This document shows, piece by piece, positions 49,595-60,496 of a DNA stretch of 64,000 nucleotides. The stretch's first letter is position 1. Each line of letters starts with the position of its first letter. The stretch comes from Ilumatobacteraceae bacterium (GTDB lineage Bacteria > Actinomycetota > Acidimicrobiia > Acidimicrobiales > Ilumatobacteraceae), in assembly GCA_043721915.1 (NCBI GenBank), contig JAYSPV010000112.1, positions 6,386 to 70,385 of the forward strand. The letters run 5' to 3'. The translations under genes and the position numbers were made by a program. The notes beneath the pieces are model-generated. The model had not been told where the DNA came from. It made no database searches and saw only the letters and a list, made by a program, of their open reading frames with translations.

Positions 49595-50575
49595 CTACAG
49601 AGTGGCGAGGAGGCTGGCGGGGGCGGCACGCAGTACGTCGCTGGCGGCGGACGACGGCAGCCGATCACAAGCGGCCTCGGCACGCGCCGACCACTCGCGA
49701 GCGACCGACATCGCGGCGGCGACGCCCTCGTTGGAACGCACGATTCCCAACGCCTTCTCCTGCTCGACACCGACCAGCGGCTTGCCCAACAACGACAGCA
49801 GCTCGACGGCGGGCACCCCGCCCGCCTGCAGCGTGCGCAGCACCGGAAGTGTGTACACACCCTCGACCATGTCGTGGCCGGCGGGCTTGCCCAGCTGCTC
49901 GTCGGTGGCGGTGATGTCGAGCAGGTCGTCGGCAATCTGGAAGACCATCCCGAACGACTCGCCGTATTCGGTGAGCGCATCGATGATGGCGCGATCGAGA
50001 TCTGCGACCAGGCCGCCGATGCGCGCAGCCGTGGCGAACAACGAAGCCGTCTTACCACTGATGCTGCTGAGGTAGCTGGCCTCGGGGCGAGCCGCGTTGT
50101 ACGTGTGGCGCAGTTCCTCGATCTGGCCTTCGCACAGGCGACCGATCGTGCGGGCCAGCAGCCCCGCAACCTCGGTGCCCAAGGAGGCGGCGATCTCCGA
50201 AGCCCGCGACAGCAGGTAGTCGCCAGCGAGGATCGCTTGCAGGTTGCCCCACTTGGCGTTCACCGTGTCGACCCCGCGGCGCATGTTGGCCTCGTCCATC
50301 ACGTCGTCGTGGTAGAGCGACCCGGTCTGCACCAGCTCGCAGGCGATGCCACCCTGCACCGATCGTTCGTGGAGGTCGGCGCCGGCAGCACCTGCAACCT
50401 GCGCCGCGACCACGGTGAGGATCGGGCGAAGGCGCTTGCCGCCGGCGACGATCAGGTGCGACGCGATGTCGTTGAGGTAGGGATCCGACGTGTGCACGGA
50501 CTCCTTCAGCGCAGCTTCGATCCGCGCGAGATCGGCGGCATGGCTGGGCAGCGCGAACAGCGGAGCAGACGACAC
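49595..50575 (-). CDS. Polyprenyl diphosphate synthase (long-chain trans-prenyltransferase for the menaquinone side chain)
   Basis: First DDxxD-type motif LYHDDVMDE, second motif FQIADDLLD, plus GKRLRP. Confidence 0.88.
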   Translation of the reverse strand: MSSAPLFALPSHAADLARIEAALKESVHTSDPYLNDIASHLIVAGGKRLRPILTVVAAQVAGAAGADLHERSVQGGIACELVQTGSLYHDDVMDEANMRRGVDTVNAKWGNLQAILAGDYLLSRASEIAASLGTEVAGLLARTIGRLCEGQIEELRHTYNAARPEASYLSSISGKTASLFATAARIGGLVADLDRAIIDALTEYGESFGMVFQIADDLLDITATDEQLGKPAGHDMVEGVYTLPVLRTLQAGGVPAVELLSLLGKPLVGVEQEKALGIVRSNEGVAAAMSVAREWSARAEAACDRLPSSAASDVLRAAPASLLATL

Positions 50576-50700
50576 GCCGCAAGGTTACGTCACATCACAC
50601 GTACCCCTCCAACGGCAGCGAACATCAAGGGTGTGTCAGGGAGCACAAGACCGAGGCCCGCACAGCGTTGCGGACGGTTGCCCACCGATACACTTCAGAC

Positions 50701-53271
50701 ATGTTTGAACGCTTCACCGATCGGGCTCGTCGGGTGGTCGTGCTGGCGCAGGAAGAAGCTCGCCTGCTGAACCACAGCTACATCGGCACCGAGCACATCC
50801 TCCTCGGCCTCATCCACGAAGGCGAGGGTGTCGCCGCGAAGGCGATGGAATCGCTGGGCATCTCGCTGGAGGCTGTTCGCAGCCAGGTGGAGGAGATCAT
50901 CGGGCAGGGCGGCTCGTCGCCATCCGGCCACATCCCCTTCACCCCGCGGGCCAAGAAGGTGCTCGAGCTGTCGCTGCGCGAGGCGTTGCAGCTCGGCCAC
51001 AACTACATCGGCACCGAGCACATCCTGCTCGGCCTCATCCGCGAGGGGGAGGGCGTCGCAGCACAGGTGCTCGTCAAGCTGGGCGCAGATCTCAGCCGTG
51101 TGCGCCAGCAGGTCATCCAGTTGCTGTCGGGCTACCAGGGTGGCCAAGGCAAGGGCGAGCCCCAGGCAGCAGCTGCCGCCGGCGCCGCCACAGCCGCCAA
51201 GGAAGAAGCCTCCGACAAGGGCAACAGCCAGATCCTCGATCAGTTCGGTCGCAACCTCACTCAGCTCGCCCGCGAGAAGAAGCTCGATCCTGTGATCGGG
51301 CGCTCGCGTGAGATGGAGCGCGTGATGCAGATCCTCAGCCGCCGCACCAAGAACAACCCTGTCCTCATCGGCGAGCCCGGCGTCGGCAAGACCGCCATCG
51401 TCGAAGGGCTGGCTCAGAAGATCGTCAGCAACGATGTCCCCGATACGTTGCGCAACAAGCAGCTGTACACGCTCGACCTCGGTGCCCTCGTCGCCGGCAG
51501 CCGTTACCGCGGCGATTTCGAAGAGCGGCTCAAGAAGGTGCTCAAGGAGATCCGCACTCGCGGCGACATCATCTTGTTCATCGACGAGATTCACACGCTC
51601 GTCGGCGCCGGCGCCGCCGAAGGCGCAATCGATGCGGCGAGCATCCTCAAGCCGATGCTGGCCCGCGGCGAGCTGCAGACCATCGGCGCCACCACCACCG
51701 ATGAGTACCGCAAGCACCTCGAGAAGGATGCGGCACTAGAGCGCCGCTTCCAGCCGGTGAAGGTGGAGGAGCCCACGCTCGCCCACACCATCGAGATCCT
51801 GCGCGGCGTGCGCGACAAGTACGAGGCGCACCACCGTGTCACCATCACCGATCAGGCCATCGTCGCCGCCGCCAACCTGGCCGACCGCTACATCAGCGAT
51901 CGCCACCTCCCCGACAAGGCCATCGACCTCATCGACGAAGCCGGCAGCCGGCTGCGCATCAAGCGCATGGCAACGCCGCCGGATCTCAAGGAGCTCGAGC
52001 AGAAGCTCACCGACGTCCAGGAAGCCAAGAAGCGCGCCGTTGAAGAGCAGCGCTTCGAGGAAGCCGGCCGCCTGCGCGACCAGGAGAAGTCGCTGCTCGA
52101 AGAGAAGGCCACCAAAGAGGCCGAGGTGAAGGCCAGCGGCGTCGACCTGTTCGACGAGGTCGACGAGGAAGCCATCGCCGAAGTGCTCAGCATCTGGACC
52201 GGCATCCCCGTGTTCAAGCTCACCGAGGAAGAGACGGCGAAACTTCTCAACATGGAAGGTGAGCTCCACAAGCGGATCATCGGCCAGGAGAACGCCGTCA
52301 GGGCCGTCAGCCAGAGCGTCCGGCGTACCCGCGCCGGCCTCAAGGACCCCAAGCGCCCCAGTGGCTCGTTCATCTTCCTCGGGCCTACCGGCGTCGGCAA
52401 GACCGAACTGGCCAAGACCCTCGCCGAGTACCTGTTCGGCGACGAGAAGAGCCTGATCTCGCTCGACATGTCCGAGTACATGGAGAAGCACACCGTCAGC
52501 CGCCTGGTCGGCTCACCCCCCGGGTACGTCGGGTACGAAGAGGGCGGCCAGCTCACCGAAGCCGTGCGGCGCAAGCCGTTCAGCGTGGTGCTGTTCGACG
52601 AGATCGAGAAGGCCCACCCCGACGTGTTCAACACGCTGCTCCAGATCTTGGAGGAGGGCCGTCTCACCGACAGCCAGGGCCGCACGGTCGACTTCCGCAA
52701 CACGGTGCTGATCATGACCTCGAACCTCGGCTCCAGCGATCTGCGCAAGGCCAACGTCGGCTTCACCAAGATCGACGAAGCAATGAGCTACGAGCGGATG
52801 AAGGACAAGGTCACCGACGCGCTGAAGGGCCACTTCCGCCCCGAGTTCCTCAACCGCATCGACGAAGTCATCGTCTTCCACGAGCACAGCCGCGACGCTG
52901 TCATGCAGATGGTCGATCTGATGACCAAGCGCCTCACTGGCCAGCTGGAGAACCAGGGCCTCGGCATCGAGCTCACACAGGCGGCCAAGGAACTGTTGGC
53001 GGAGAAGGGCTACGACCCGCAGTTGGGCGCCCGGCCGCTACGCCGTGCGATTCAGCGGATGATCGAAGACGTGCTCTCGGAGAAGATCCTCTACAAGGAG
53101 TTCCACGCCGGCGAGATCATCGTGGTCGACACGATGGACGACCCGGATCGCCCAGGCGACAAGAAGCTGTCGTTCACGGCGGTGGAAGGCTTCAAGCCGC
53201 CTGCCGCGGTGGAACTGGCGACGACGGCCTCGCCCGACATCGCGGTCGAGCCCCCTGCACCCAACGACTAG
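50701..53271 (+). CDS. clpC: ATP-dependent Clp protease ATP-binding subunit ClpC
   Basis: [37 protein letters not shown] is the Clp-N repeat and occurs twice. Two Walker A sites ([16 protein letters not shown]) and a UVR-like middle region are present. Confidence 0.95.
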   Translation: MFERFTDRARRVVVLAQEEARLLNHSYIGTEHILLGLIHEGEGVAAKAMESLGISLEAVRSQVEEIIGQGGSSPSGHIPFTPRAKKVLELSLREALQLGHNYIGTEHILLGLIREGEGVAAQVLVKLGADLSRVRQQVIQLLSGYQGGQGKGEPQAAAAAGAATAAKEEASDKGNSQILDQFGRNLTQLAREKKLDPVIGRSREMERVMQILSRRTKNNPVLIGEPGVGKTAIVEGLAQKIVSNDVPDTLRNKQLYTLDLGALVAGSRYRGDFEERLKKVLKEIRTRGDIILFIDEIHTLVGAGAAEGAIDAASILKPMLARGELQTIGATTTDEYRKHLEKDAALERRFQPVKVEEPTLAHTIEILRGVRDKYEAHHRVTITDQAIVAAANLADRYISDRHLPDKAIDLIDEAGSRLRIKRMATPPDLKELEQKLTDVQEAKKRAVEEQRFEEAGRLRDQEKSLLEEKATKEAEVKASGVDLFDEVDEEAIAEVLSIWTGIPVFKLTEEETAKLLNMEGELHKRIIGQENAVRAVSQSVRRTRAGLKDPKRPSGSFIFLGPTGVGKTELAKTLAEYLFGDEKSLISLDMSEYMEKHTVSRLVGSPPGYVGYEEGGQLTEAVRRKPFSVVLFDEIEKAHPDVFNTLLQILEEGRLTDSQGRTVDFRNTVLIMTSNLGSSDLRKANVGFTKIDEAMSYERMKDKVTDALKGHFRPEFLNRIDEVIVFHEHSRDAVMQMVDLMTKRLTGQLENQGLGIELTQAAKELLAEKGYDPQLGARPLRRAIQRMIEDVLSEKILYKEFHAGEIIVVDTMDDPDRPGDKKLSFTAVEGFKPPAAVELATTASPDIAVEPPAPND

Positions 53272-53314
53272 CCGAGCAGCGCGGCCACCCGCCGCGCCAT
53301 CGGGCTGACAGAAT

Positions 53315-54106
53315 GTGCTCATGCGTCGCCTGCTCGCTCTGATCGTCGTCGCGCTCGCGCTCACCGCCTGCAAGATCGACGCCACCGTGGCAGTTGTGGT
53401 CGAGCCGGACGGTTCTGGCACGATCGCGCTCACGATCGTCGCCGATGCAGACGTGGTGACCCAGGCACCTGGCCTGGCAGACGACCTCCGTTTCGACGAC
53501 GCCATCGCTGCAGGCTGGGAGCTGACCGGGCCGGCCCCCACCGAGGTCGGCGGCCTGACGGTCACCCTGACCCACGCCTTCGTCACCGTCGAGGAGGCGA
53601 CCGCACTGCTGCAGTCCGTCAACGGTTCCGGGGGACCGTTGCACGACGTGGCGCTCACCCGAGTGGTCGAGGGCAATGCCGTCACCACGTCGCTCACCGG
53701 CAACATCCGGGTGGAGGGTGGGATGGACGCCTTCGCCGATCCCGAGGTGCTCGCCGCGATCGGTGGCAGCCCCTACGCCGACAACATTGCCGCCACCGGC
53801 CAGCGCCCCGCCGACGTCGTGACGTTCACGATGACGGCTGATCTGCCAGGCGATGCAGGCGTACCGGCGAATGGCGATGCGGCCGAAGGGCCGATCACGT
53901 GGTCGGTGCCCTTGGATGGCACCACCGCGGATCTGGCCACCACCTCGGTCTTCACCGGCTCAACGACCGGCGACAGCGTGTGGGGCACAGTGGCCACGGT
54001 TGCCCTGGTTGCCCTGATCGCGTGGTGCGTCGTCGCCATCGCATTCATCTCGATCGTGGCGAGAGCCCGTCGCGCGCGGGCCCGTCGCCGCCCCGTCGCA
54101 CGCTAA
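53315..54106 (+). CDS. Putative lipoprotein with a C-terminal TM anchor, hypothetical
   Basis: Lipobox LALTAC after a signal peptide. A C-terminal hydrophobic helix VATVALVALIAWCVVAIAFISIV is followed by an Arg-rich tail. Confidence 0.65.
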   Translation: MLMRRLLALIVVALALTACKIDATVAVVVEPDGSGTIALTIVADADVVTQAPGLADDLRFDDAIAAGWELTGPAPTEVGGLTVTLTHAFVTVEEATALLQSVNGSGGPLHDVALTRVVEGNAVTTSLTGNIRVEGGMDAFADPEVLAAIGGSPYADNIAATGQRPADVVTFTMTADLPGDAGVPANGDAAEGPITWSVPLDGTTADLATTSVFTGSTTGDSVWGTVATVALVALIAWCVVAIAFISIVARARRARARRRPVAR

Positions 54107-54165
54107 CGGACCCGCCACCCGCTCTGATCGCGCACCATGTCACACCCGTTCCCTAGGGTGCTCGC

Positions 54166-55521
54166 ATGGCCAAGGTTCGCGTCGTCTACCGCTGCACGGA
54201 GTGCGGCACCTCCACACCGAAGTGGGGCGGTCGGTGCGGTGCCTGCGAGGCGTGGAACTCCCTCGTCGAAGACGTCGATCTTCCGGATCCGGTAGCCGGC
54301 CACAATCTCGGGCCGTCGGCGCCGGCCACACCGATCGGCTCGGTCGATGCCTCGTTCGCGCAGCCTCAGTCCACCGGCATCCCCGAGCTCGACCGCGTGC
54401 TCGGCGGGGGCCTCGTGCCCGGGTCGGTCACCCTGCTGGGCGGCGAGCCCGGCATCGGAAAGAGCACACTGCTGCTGCAGCTGTTGGCCCAGTGGCCCCA
54501 GCGCACGCTATACGTCAGCGCCGAAGAGAGCGCCCAACAGGTGCGGTTGCGTGCAGAGCGGCTCGATGCCGTGCGCCCCGAGCTGTGGTTGCTGCCCGAG
54601 ACTTCGCTCCCCCACATCATCGCCGCGATCGACGACGTACAGCCCCAGCTCGTGGTCATCGACAGCATCCAGTCGATCGCCGATCCCGAGGTGCCGTCGG
54701 CCCCCGGCAGCGTCGTGCAAGTCCGCGGCTGCGCACATCGCCTGGTCGGCGAGGCGAAGCGGCGCAATCTGCCGATCGTGATGGTCGGCCATGTCACCAA
54801 GGAGGGCGGGTTGGCGGGGCCACGCGTCCTCGAGCACGTGGTCGACACCGTGCTCAGCTTCGAAGGTGACCGCCACCACTCCTTGCGCCTGCTCAGGGCG
54901 GCGAAGCATCGCTTCGGCCCCACCAACGAGCTCGGCGTGTTCGAGATGGCGGGCGAGGGCCTCATCGGCGTGCCCGATGCGAGCAAGCTGTTCCTCACCG
55001 ATCGCCGTACCGGTGTCGCCGGCTCGGCGATCACTCCCACGCTCGAGGGCCAGCGGCCGCTCCTCGTCGAGGTGCAGGCGCTCACCAACAAGGTCAATCC
55101 GGGAGTGCCGCCACGGCGCAGCGCGCAGGGGCTCGATCCTGGCCGGCTGGCATTGCTGCTCGCCGTGCTCGAGCGGCGGTCTCGGTTGCAAATGGGGCAG
55201 CACGAGGTCTTTGTTTCCGCCGTTGGTGGCGTTCGGCTCACCGAGCCCGGTGCAGATCTTCCGGTGTGTCTCGCGCTGGTCAGCGCGCTCCTCGACCGCC
55301 CCATCCCATCCGATGTCGTGGTCTTCGGCGAGGTCGGACTCGCCGGCGAGCTGCGCCAGGTCGCGCACGCACCACGGCGCCTGGCCGAGGCCGCACGCAT
55401 GGGCTTCACGCGCGCCATCGTGCCGGCCAACTCGCCACACGGCGCAGAAGGCATCTCGCTCACCCGGGTGGCTACCGTCAACGAGGCGTTGGTCGCAGTC
55501 GGCCTCTCCGGGCGGCCCTGA
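54166..55521 (+). CDS. radA: DNA repair protein RadA
   Basis: N-terminal zinc ribbon (YRCTECGTSTPKWGGRCGACEAWNS), Walker A GGEPGIGKSTLLLQ, KNRFG-type motif AAKHRFGPTNE, and a Lon-like C-terminal domain. Confidence 0.95.
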   Translation: MAKVRVVYRCTECGTSTPKWGGRCGACEAWNSLVEDVDLPDPVAGHNLGPSAPATPIGSVDASFAQPQSTGIPELDRVLGGGLVPGSVTLLGGEPGIGKSTLLLQLLAQWPQRTLYVSAEESAQQVRLRAERLDAVRPELWLLPETSLPHIIAAIDDVQPQLVVIDSIQSIADPEVPSAPGSVVQVRGCAHRLVGEAKRRNLPIVMVGHVTKEGGLAGPRVLEHVVDTVLSFEGDRHHSLRLLRAAKHRFGPTNELGVFEMAGEGLIGVPDASKLFLTDRRTGVAGSAITPTLEGQRPLLVEVQALTNKVNPGVPPRRSAQGLDPGRLALLLAVLERRSRLQMGQHEVFVSAVGGVRLTEPGADLPVCLALVSALLDRPIPSDVVVFGEVGLAGELRQVAHAPRRLAEAARMGFTRAIVPANSPHGAEGISLTRVATVNEALVAVGLSGRP

Positions 55522-55615
55522 TGTGCCATTCGAGCGCTCCCGGGGGGCCATCACCGGCGCAGCGCCGGGGCGATCCGCGCACTGCGGGCTGGCGGTTGGA
55601 TGAGAGGCTGTCGGG

Positions 55616-56176
55616 ATGAGCACTCCCTCCACGCGCTTCGATGCAGCCGCCTCCCAGTTCGCTGCCCTACTCGCCGCAGTGCCGGCCGATGGCTGGGCGA
55701 CTCCGTCTGCGTGCGACGGCTGGTCGGTGGCCGAGGTGTTGCAGCACGTGGTCACCACCGAAGCCGACTTCTTGGCACAGCGGGGGCTGGCGATCGACGC
55801 CCTGTCCGGCGCAGCCGATGCGGCCGCGATCGACGCGTGGCCGGCAGTGCGTGTCGCGATGCGGGCCGCGCTCGACGATCCCAACGTTGCGACAACCGCA
55901 TTCGACGGGTACTTCGGCCCCACCACCATCGAGGCCGTGGTCGACCGCTTCTACACGATGGACCTGATCGTGCACCGCTGGGACATCGCCGCCGCACTCG
56001 ATCTGGGGGAGCACAGCGTGCTCAGCACGGCCGAGCTGGCGGCTGTTCGTGGCAACCTCGTCGGCCTCGAGGCCGTCATGCGCTCCCCCGGCCTGTTCGG
56101 GCCGGCGGTTGCGGTGCCTGCCGAGGCCGACGAGCAGGCCACCCTGCTCGGGTACATCGGGCGCGCTGGCGGCTGA
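55616..56176 (+). CDS. DinB/mycothiol-maleylpyruvate-isomerase-N-terminal-like protein (actinobacterial TIGR03086-like)
   Basis: PSACDGWSVAEVLQHVV ... MDLIVHRWDIAAAL is the typical pattern of this four-helix-bundle family. Confidence 0.6.
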   Translation: MSTPSTRFDAAASQFAALLAAVPADGWATPSACDGWSVAEVLQHVVTTEADFLAQRGLAIDALSGAADAAAIDAWPAVRVAMRAALDDPNVATTAFDGYFGPTTIEAVVDRFYTMDLIVHRWDIAAALDLGEHSVLSTAELAAVRGNLVGLEAVMRSPGLFGPAVAVPAEADEQATLLGYIGRAGG

Positions 56177-56204
56177 CGCACATCGCCCCGGCCTGTTCGG
56201 CGGC

Positions 56205-57179
56205 TCACGCCGGATGGTAGGGCGTGGTGACACCCGGCTGGTCACCTTCGAAGGTGACCAGGCCGTCATCGACCAGCTTGATCAGGTGCGCGAGCACGCT
56301 GCGGCCGGCGGGCTTGTACAGCTTCTCGTTGACACCGACATAGAGCTGACGCACCATGTCGGGAATCAGGGTCGTCCCGGCTCGCACCGCCGCCAGGACA
56401 CCGGCCTCACGCTCCAGGCGGTGCTGGACGAACTCGTCGATGAACACCGCGACATCGGTGACCGGTGCGCCATGCGTGGGCCACATGATCGCGGGATCGA
56501 GCGCGCGGACCCGCTCCAGTGAGTTGAGGTAGTCGCGCATGTTGCCGTCCGGAGGCCCAATCACGGTGGTGCTCCAGCCCATGATGTGGTCTCCAGTGAA
56601 CAGCGCGCGGTGTTCCTCCAGCAAGAAGCAGAGGTGATTCGAGGTGTGGCCGGGCGTGTGAATCGCACGCAGCGTCCAGCCGTCCCCCGCCGCCGCCACC
56701 TCGTTGTCCGCCACGCGAACGTCGGGGTCGAAGGCCGTGTCCAGCGACTCCTCCACCTTCGGCTCGCCCGCAGCCTCGGCCTCTGCGGCGGCGGCCGCTT
56801 CGTCGTCATCGGGCTCGTCGGGGGCGTTGTCGTCCTCCACCCAGTCGGGGCTGAGCGCGTGCGGCCCGAACGCGACGGTGGGGGCGCCGGTGTGCTCGCG
56901 TAGACACGCCGCGAGCGGCGAATGATCGCTGTGGCAGTGGGTGACCAGGATGGCGATGACGCGTTCACCCGCCACCGCAGCCTGCAGCGCGTCGCGATGG
57001 CTGTCGCTGATCGGGCCCGGATCGATGACTGCGACATCTCCCTCGCCGATGATGTACGTGCCCGTCCCGTGATACGTGAACTTCGAGGGGTTCTTGGCGA
57101 TCACCCGTCGGATCAGTGGCGCCACCTGCACGACTTCCCCGTAGCGCGGATCGTCGAGCGTGACGAAAGGGATGCTCAC
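56205..57179 (-). CDS. MBL-fold metallo-hydrolase
   Basis: The HCHSDHS (HxHxDH) motif and a later TPGHTSNH. There is an acidic insertion (DDNAPDEPDDDEAAAAAEAEAAGE). Confidence 0.8.
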   Translation of the reverse strand: MSIPFVTLDDPRYGEVVQVAPLIRRVIAKNPSKFTYHGTGTYIIGEGDVAVIDPGPISDSHRDALQAAVAGERVIAILVTHCHSDHSPLAACLREHTGAPTVAFGPHALSPDWVEDDNAPDEPDDDEAAAAAEAEAAGEPKVEESLDTAFDPDVRVADNEVAAAGDGWTLRAIHTPGHTSNHLCFLLEEHRALFTGDHIMGWSTTVIGPPDGNMRDYLNSLERVRALDPAIMWPTHGAPVTDVAVFIDEFVQHRLEREAGVLAAVRAGTTLIPDMVRQLYVGVNEKLYKPAGRSVLAHLIKLVDDGLVTFEGDQPGVTTPYHPA

Positions 57180-58135
57180 GGCGCGATCGCCCGCACCGTG
57201 CCGACCTGGCGGCCGTGACCCAAGATCCGTTCCTGCACCCCTGCTTCGGCGGCGCCTGTGTCAATGCCCAAGCGCCGTAACGCGGCGAACAACACCGACG
57301 GGCGGGCACGATCGGCGCCATCGGAGATCTTCAGGGCGACAGCGCGGCCGTCCGGCAATGCGACTGCAAAGACCCCATCGGCTCCATCCTTTGCCATCAG
57401 CCCAGGAATCTGCCGCATGATCGCAGTGGCCTGGCAGGTGTCACCGCCGACCATTTCCGGATGCGACGTCATCGCTGTGTACACGTCGTCGCCAGCCGAG
57501 CCGGCCGCACCGGTGGCGATCGAACGGTATGCGCGGGCGAGACCGACGAGTGACATCGCATGTGCCGGCGCACCGCAGCCATCGACGCCGATGTGCGCGT
57601 GCAACTCGGCGCACAGATCGTCAATCGCCTCGGTCGTCGCGGCTTGCAACGGATGATCGATGTCGAGGTATGAAGAATCGTGCGCCCAGCCGTTGTGAAC
57701 ACAAGTCGCCAACATGCTGCTGTGCTTGCCGCTACAGGTCATCAGCAGCGAGCTGCGAACCCCGCCGGCACGCACGATCTCCTCCGCAGCTGCGGGGTCG
57801 AGCGGATACGCAGCCGTGTTGTCCAGCGCCTCCGGGCCGAGACCCGCGATCGCCAGTATTCGGCGCACTCCCGCGATGTGCATCGGCGTGCCATCGTGGC
57901 TGGCACTCGTCAGGGCCAACAGTTCCGGCGGCAGTTGCAAGCCCGCCCGCACCATGGCCACCGCCTGCATCGGTTTGTTCGCCGACCGCGGGTAGATGAT
58001 CGCCGAGGGGTCGCCCACAGCGAACTCAATCACGCCACTCGGCCCGAGCGCGACGACAGCGCCGAAGTGAACCGACTCGTCGAGCCCGCTGCGCGAGGTG
58101 ACCGCGACAGGCGCGAACGACTTAGGTGTCGGCAT
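57176..58135 (-). CDS. Asparaginase-II-family protein
   Basis: SGLDESVHFGAVVAL...IYPRSANKPMQAV...SASHDGTPMH...MTCSGKHSSML resembles the L-asparaginase II (Rhizobium-type) family. Confidence 0.65.
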   Translation of the reverse strand: MPTPKSFAPVAVTSRSGLDESVHFGAVVALGPSGVIEFAVGDPSAIIYPRSANKPMQAVAMVRAGLQLPPELLALTSASHDGTPMHIAGVRRILAIAGLGPEALDNTAAYPLDPAAAEEIVRAGGVRSSLLMTCSGKHSSMLATCVHNGWAHDSSYLDIDHPLQAATTEAIDDLCAELHAHIGVDGCGAPAHAMSLVGLARAYRSIATGAAGSAGDDVYTAMTSHPEMVGGDTCQATAIMRQIPGLMAKDGADGVFAVALPDGRAVALKISDGADRARPSVLFAALRRLGIDTGAAEAGVQERILGHGRQVGTVRAIAP

Positions 58136-59279
58136 CAGGGTTCGCAGTTGGATGCTGGTCGCGGGCGCGACGACGTTGCTGTCGTCGCAGACGGGGCTTG
58201 ATCACGGTCAGATCGCTCTCGATCACCTCGTGGCGCGTTCCGGTGTTGCTGATCAGGGCCTGGATCATCGCCGCACCGGGGATCGCCAAAATGGCGCCGA
58301 CCGCGCCGAGGACAGCTCCACCTGCGATCGCAGAGCCGAACGCGACGGCGGGGTGGAGATCCATCGTGCGAGCGGTGATGCGAGGGAGGAAGAGATAGTT
58401 CTCGACCTGCTGGTAGACCACCACGAAGATCAACACGACGAGCGCCTTCGTCGGCGAATCGATGAACGTGACCAGCACCGGCAACGAGCCGGCGATGTAG
58501 GTCCCGACCACCGGCAGGAACTGGCTGATGACACCGACCCACAGCGCGAGCGCCACCGGCGCCTTCGTGCCGAGAGCCTGCAGCACCACCCAATGAGAAA
58601 GTGCTGACAAGCCCGCCAGCAGCGCACGTGAGTAGAGGTACCCGCCGGTCTTCTCGATGGCCAGCTCCCACGTGGCCAGCACCGACCGTTGCCGATCGGG
58701 GCGTAGCCGGCTGCAGATCGACCGGCGCAGCTTCGGGCCGTCGGCCACGATGTAGAACGTGAACAGCATCACCGACAGGCCTTGCACGAGGATCCCGAGC
58801 GCGGCGACGGAAAGATCGACCACCTTGTTTTGCTGACTGTCGATGAACCGTTGAACGGCACCATCGGGCTTGTTGATGTCGGCGATCACCTGCGACGCAT
58901 CGATGTGCGCACCGAACGTGTCGTTGAGGAAGTTGACCGTGCGCGTGACGTACTTCTCGGAGTTTCCGAGCAGCTCCGCGATCTGCTGACCGACGAGGGC
59001 ACCGATCGCAATCAGGAAGACGAGGAACGCCACTAGTACACCGACGAGGATCACCGCCGTCGCGGTGCCTCGCCGCCAACCCCGCTTGGCCAGCCGGTTG
59101 ACACCGGGTTCGATCGCCAGTGAGAGGAAGAGCGAGACCAGGAGCAGGATGAAGAGTGCGTACAGGCTGGCCCACAGCGAACGAACTGCGAGGGCCGCCA
59201 CAGCGCCACCCCAGAAGACGGCGACGGCCTTCCACACCCAACGCGGCATGCGGTCGGTGGAGGATTCGATCTCAGCCAT
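58122..59279 (-). CDS. AI-2E family (PerM-like) transporter
   Basis: Polytopic ORF with LLVSLFLSLAIEPGVNRLAKRGWRRGTA and the C-terminal GAVGAILAIPGAAMIQALI. The start MAEIESSTD is at 59279. Confidence 0.75.
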   Translation of the reverse strand: MAEIESSTDRMPRWVWKAVAVFWGGAVAALAVRSLWASLYALFILLLVSLFLSLAIEPGVNRLAKRGWRRGTATAVILVGVLVAFLVFLIAIGALVGQQIAELLGNSEKYVTRTVNFLNDTFGAHIDASQVIADINKPDGAVQRFIDSQQNKVVDLSVAALGILVQGLSVMLFTFYIVADGPKLRRSICSRLRPDRQRSVLATWELAIEKTGGYLYSRALLAGLSALSHWVVLQALGTKAPVALALWVGVISQFLPVVGTYIAGSLPVLVTFIDSPTKALVVLIFVVVYQQVENYLFLPRITARTMDLHPAVAFGSAIAGGAVLGAVGAILAIPGAAMIQALISNTGTRHEVIESDLTVIKPRLRRQQRRRARDQHPTANPDADT

Positions 59280-60483
59280 CGGACGCGAGCGTACCGAGCG
59301 CCACTCGCTGGAGCGTGGCAGCCAGATCGCCGCGGTCGGCAATGTGCACGCGGTGCAGTCCGAGCCAGCCGGCCATCAGGTGCAACTCTCGCACCACGTC
59401 GGGCGCCATCGCCTCGGTAGGTGCTCCGGGTTCGGCGAACGAGCCCTGCACGAGCAGCGTCGCGTTGTGCCGGTCGGCCTTCAGATCGAGCCGACCGACG
59501 AGCGAGTCGCCCCACAGGATCGGGAGCACGTAGTAGCCGTACACCCGCTTGGGAGCGGGTGTGTAGATCTCGATGCGGTAGTGGAACCCGAACAGCCGCT
59601 CGTTGCGATCACGGTTCCAGCACACCGGATCGAAGGGGCTGAGGAACGCACAGGCGGTGATCCGTCGAGGCAGCTTCGCGCCCGGGTGCAGATACGCCGG
59701 CTTCTCCCAACCCTCCACTTGCACCAACTGCAACCGCCCGTCCTCCACCAGCTCGTCGAGCAGCGGCTTGCACGGCGCGTTCTTCTGACGGTGGTAGTCG
59801 GTGAGGTCCGTCATCGTGCCGACGCCATGGTGCTTGGCCGCGAGCAGCAGCAACTCCTTGCGTGCAACGTGCTCATCGGGGGTATCGCGTGCGAGCACGC
59901 TGGGCGGCAACACTCGTTCGGCGAGGTCGTACATCCGTGCAAAGTCGCTGGCGCGGCGAACGGCAGTCACCTGTCCGCTCCAGAACAGGTGCTCGAGCGC
60001 GACCTTGCCGTCGTCCCAATCCCACCAGCTGCCCTTCTTGCCCACCCGTTCGGAGAGATCACCGCTGGCCAGCGGGCCGTCGAGCTCGATGCGCCGCAGC
60101 ACTTCCTCGAGGAAGCCCGGGCGGCGTGCGGTCATCGTCCAGTACCGCTGCCACTTGTGGTCTGCAGCCATCCGCCACCGATGGAGGTGATGATGCTCAG
60201 TGGGCACGTGACTGGCTTCGTGCACCCAGTACTCGAACAGCTCACCGTCGCGCGTGGCATCGGCGATCATCGTGCGCTGGTGCGCGCCGAGGCGCGCGAA
60301 CAGTGGCAGCTCCTGGCTGCGAGCCAGCACGTTCACCGAGTCGATCTGGATCAGACCCATTCGGTCCAGGGCTCTGCGAAAGTGGCGACGGTCCACCCGG
60401 CCCGCAGGGCGCGGGTCGGCGAAGCCTTGTGCAGCGAGCGCAATTCGCCGCGCCTGCGCGAGTGAGAGCCGCTCGGCGGCCAT
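59272..60483 (-). CDS. Winged-helix DNA-binding YcaQ/AlkZ-family protein (putative DNA glycosylase)
   Basis: LSLAQARRIALAAQGF...GLIQIDSVNVLARSQELPLFAR...LFEYWVHEAS...VYGYYVLPIL is the family pattern. Confidence 0.7.
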   Translation of the reverse strand: MAAERLSLAQARRIALAAQGFADPRPAGRVDRRHFRRALDRMGLIQIDSVNVLARSQELPLFARLGAHQRTMIADATRDGELFEYWVHEASHVPTEHHHLHRWRMAADHKWQRYWTMTARRPGFLEEVLRRIELDGPLASGDLSERVGKKGSWWDWDDGKVALEHLFWSGQVTAVRRASDFARMYDLAERVLPPSVLARDTPDEHVARKELLLLAAKHHGVGTMTDLTDYHRQKNAPCKPLLDELVEDGRLQLVQVEGWEKPAYLHPGAKLPRRITACAFLSPFDPVCWNRDRNERLFGFHYRIEIYTPAPKRVYGYYVLPILWGDSLVGRLDLKADRHNATLLVQGSFAEPGAPTEAMAPDVVRELHLMAGWLGLHRVHIADRGDLAATLQRVALGTLASDG

Positions 60484-60496
60484 CAGCGCGGCGGGT

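Noticed and set aside
50658-50673. A short inverted repeat CCGCA-N6-TGCGG upstream of clpC, considered as a possible ClgR-type operator.
   Set aside because: The arms are only 5 bp in GC-rich DNA, so chance occurrence is likely. I cannot match it confidently to a published consensus without a search.
53279-53297. A GC hairpin (GCGCGGC-CACCC-GCCGCGC) just downstream of the clpC stop, considered as a terminator.
   Set aside because: The stem is only 7 bp and no U-tract follows. It is too weak to call in GC-rich sequence.
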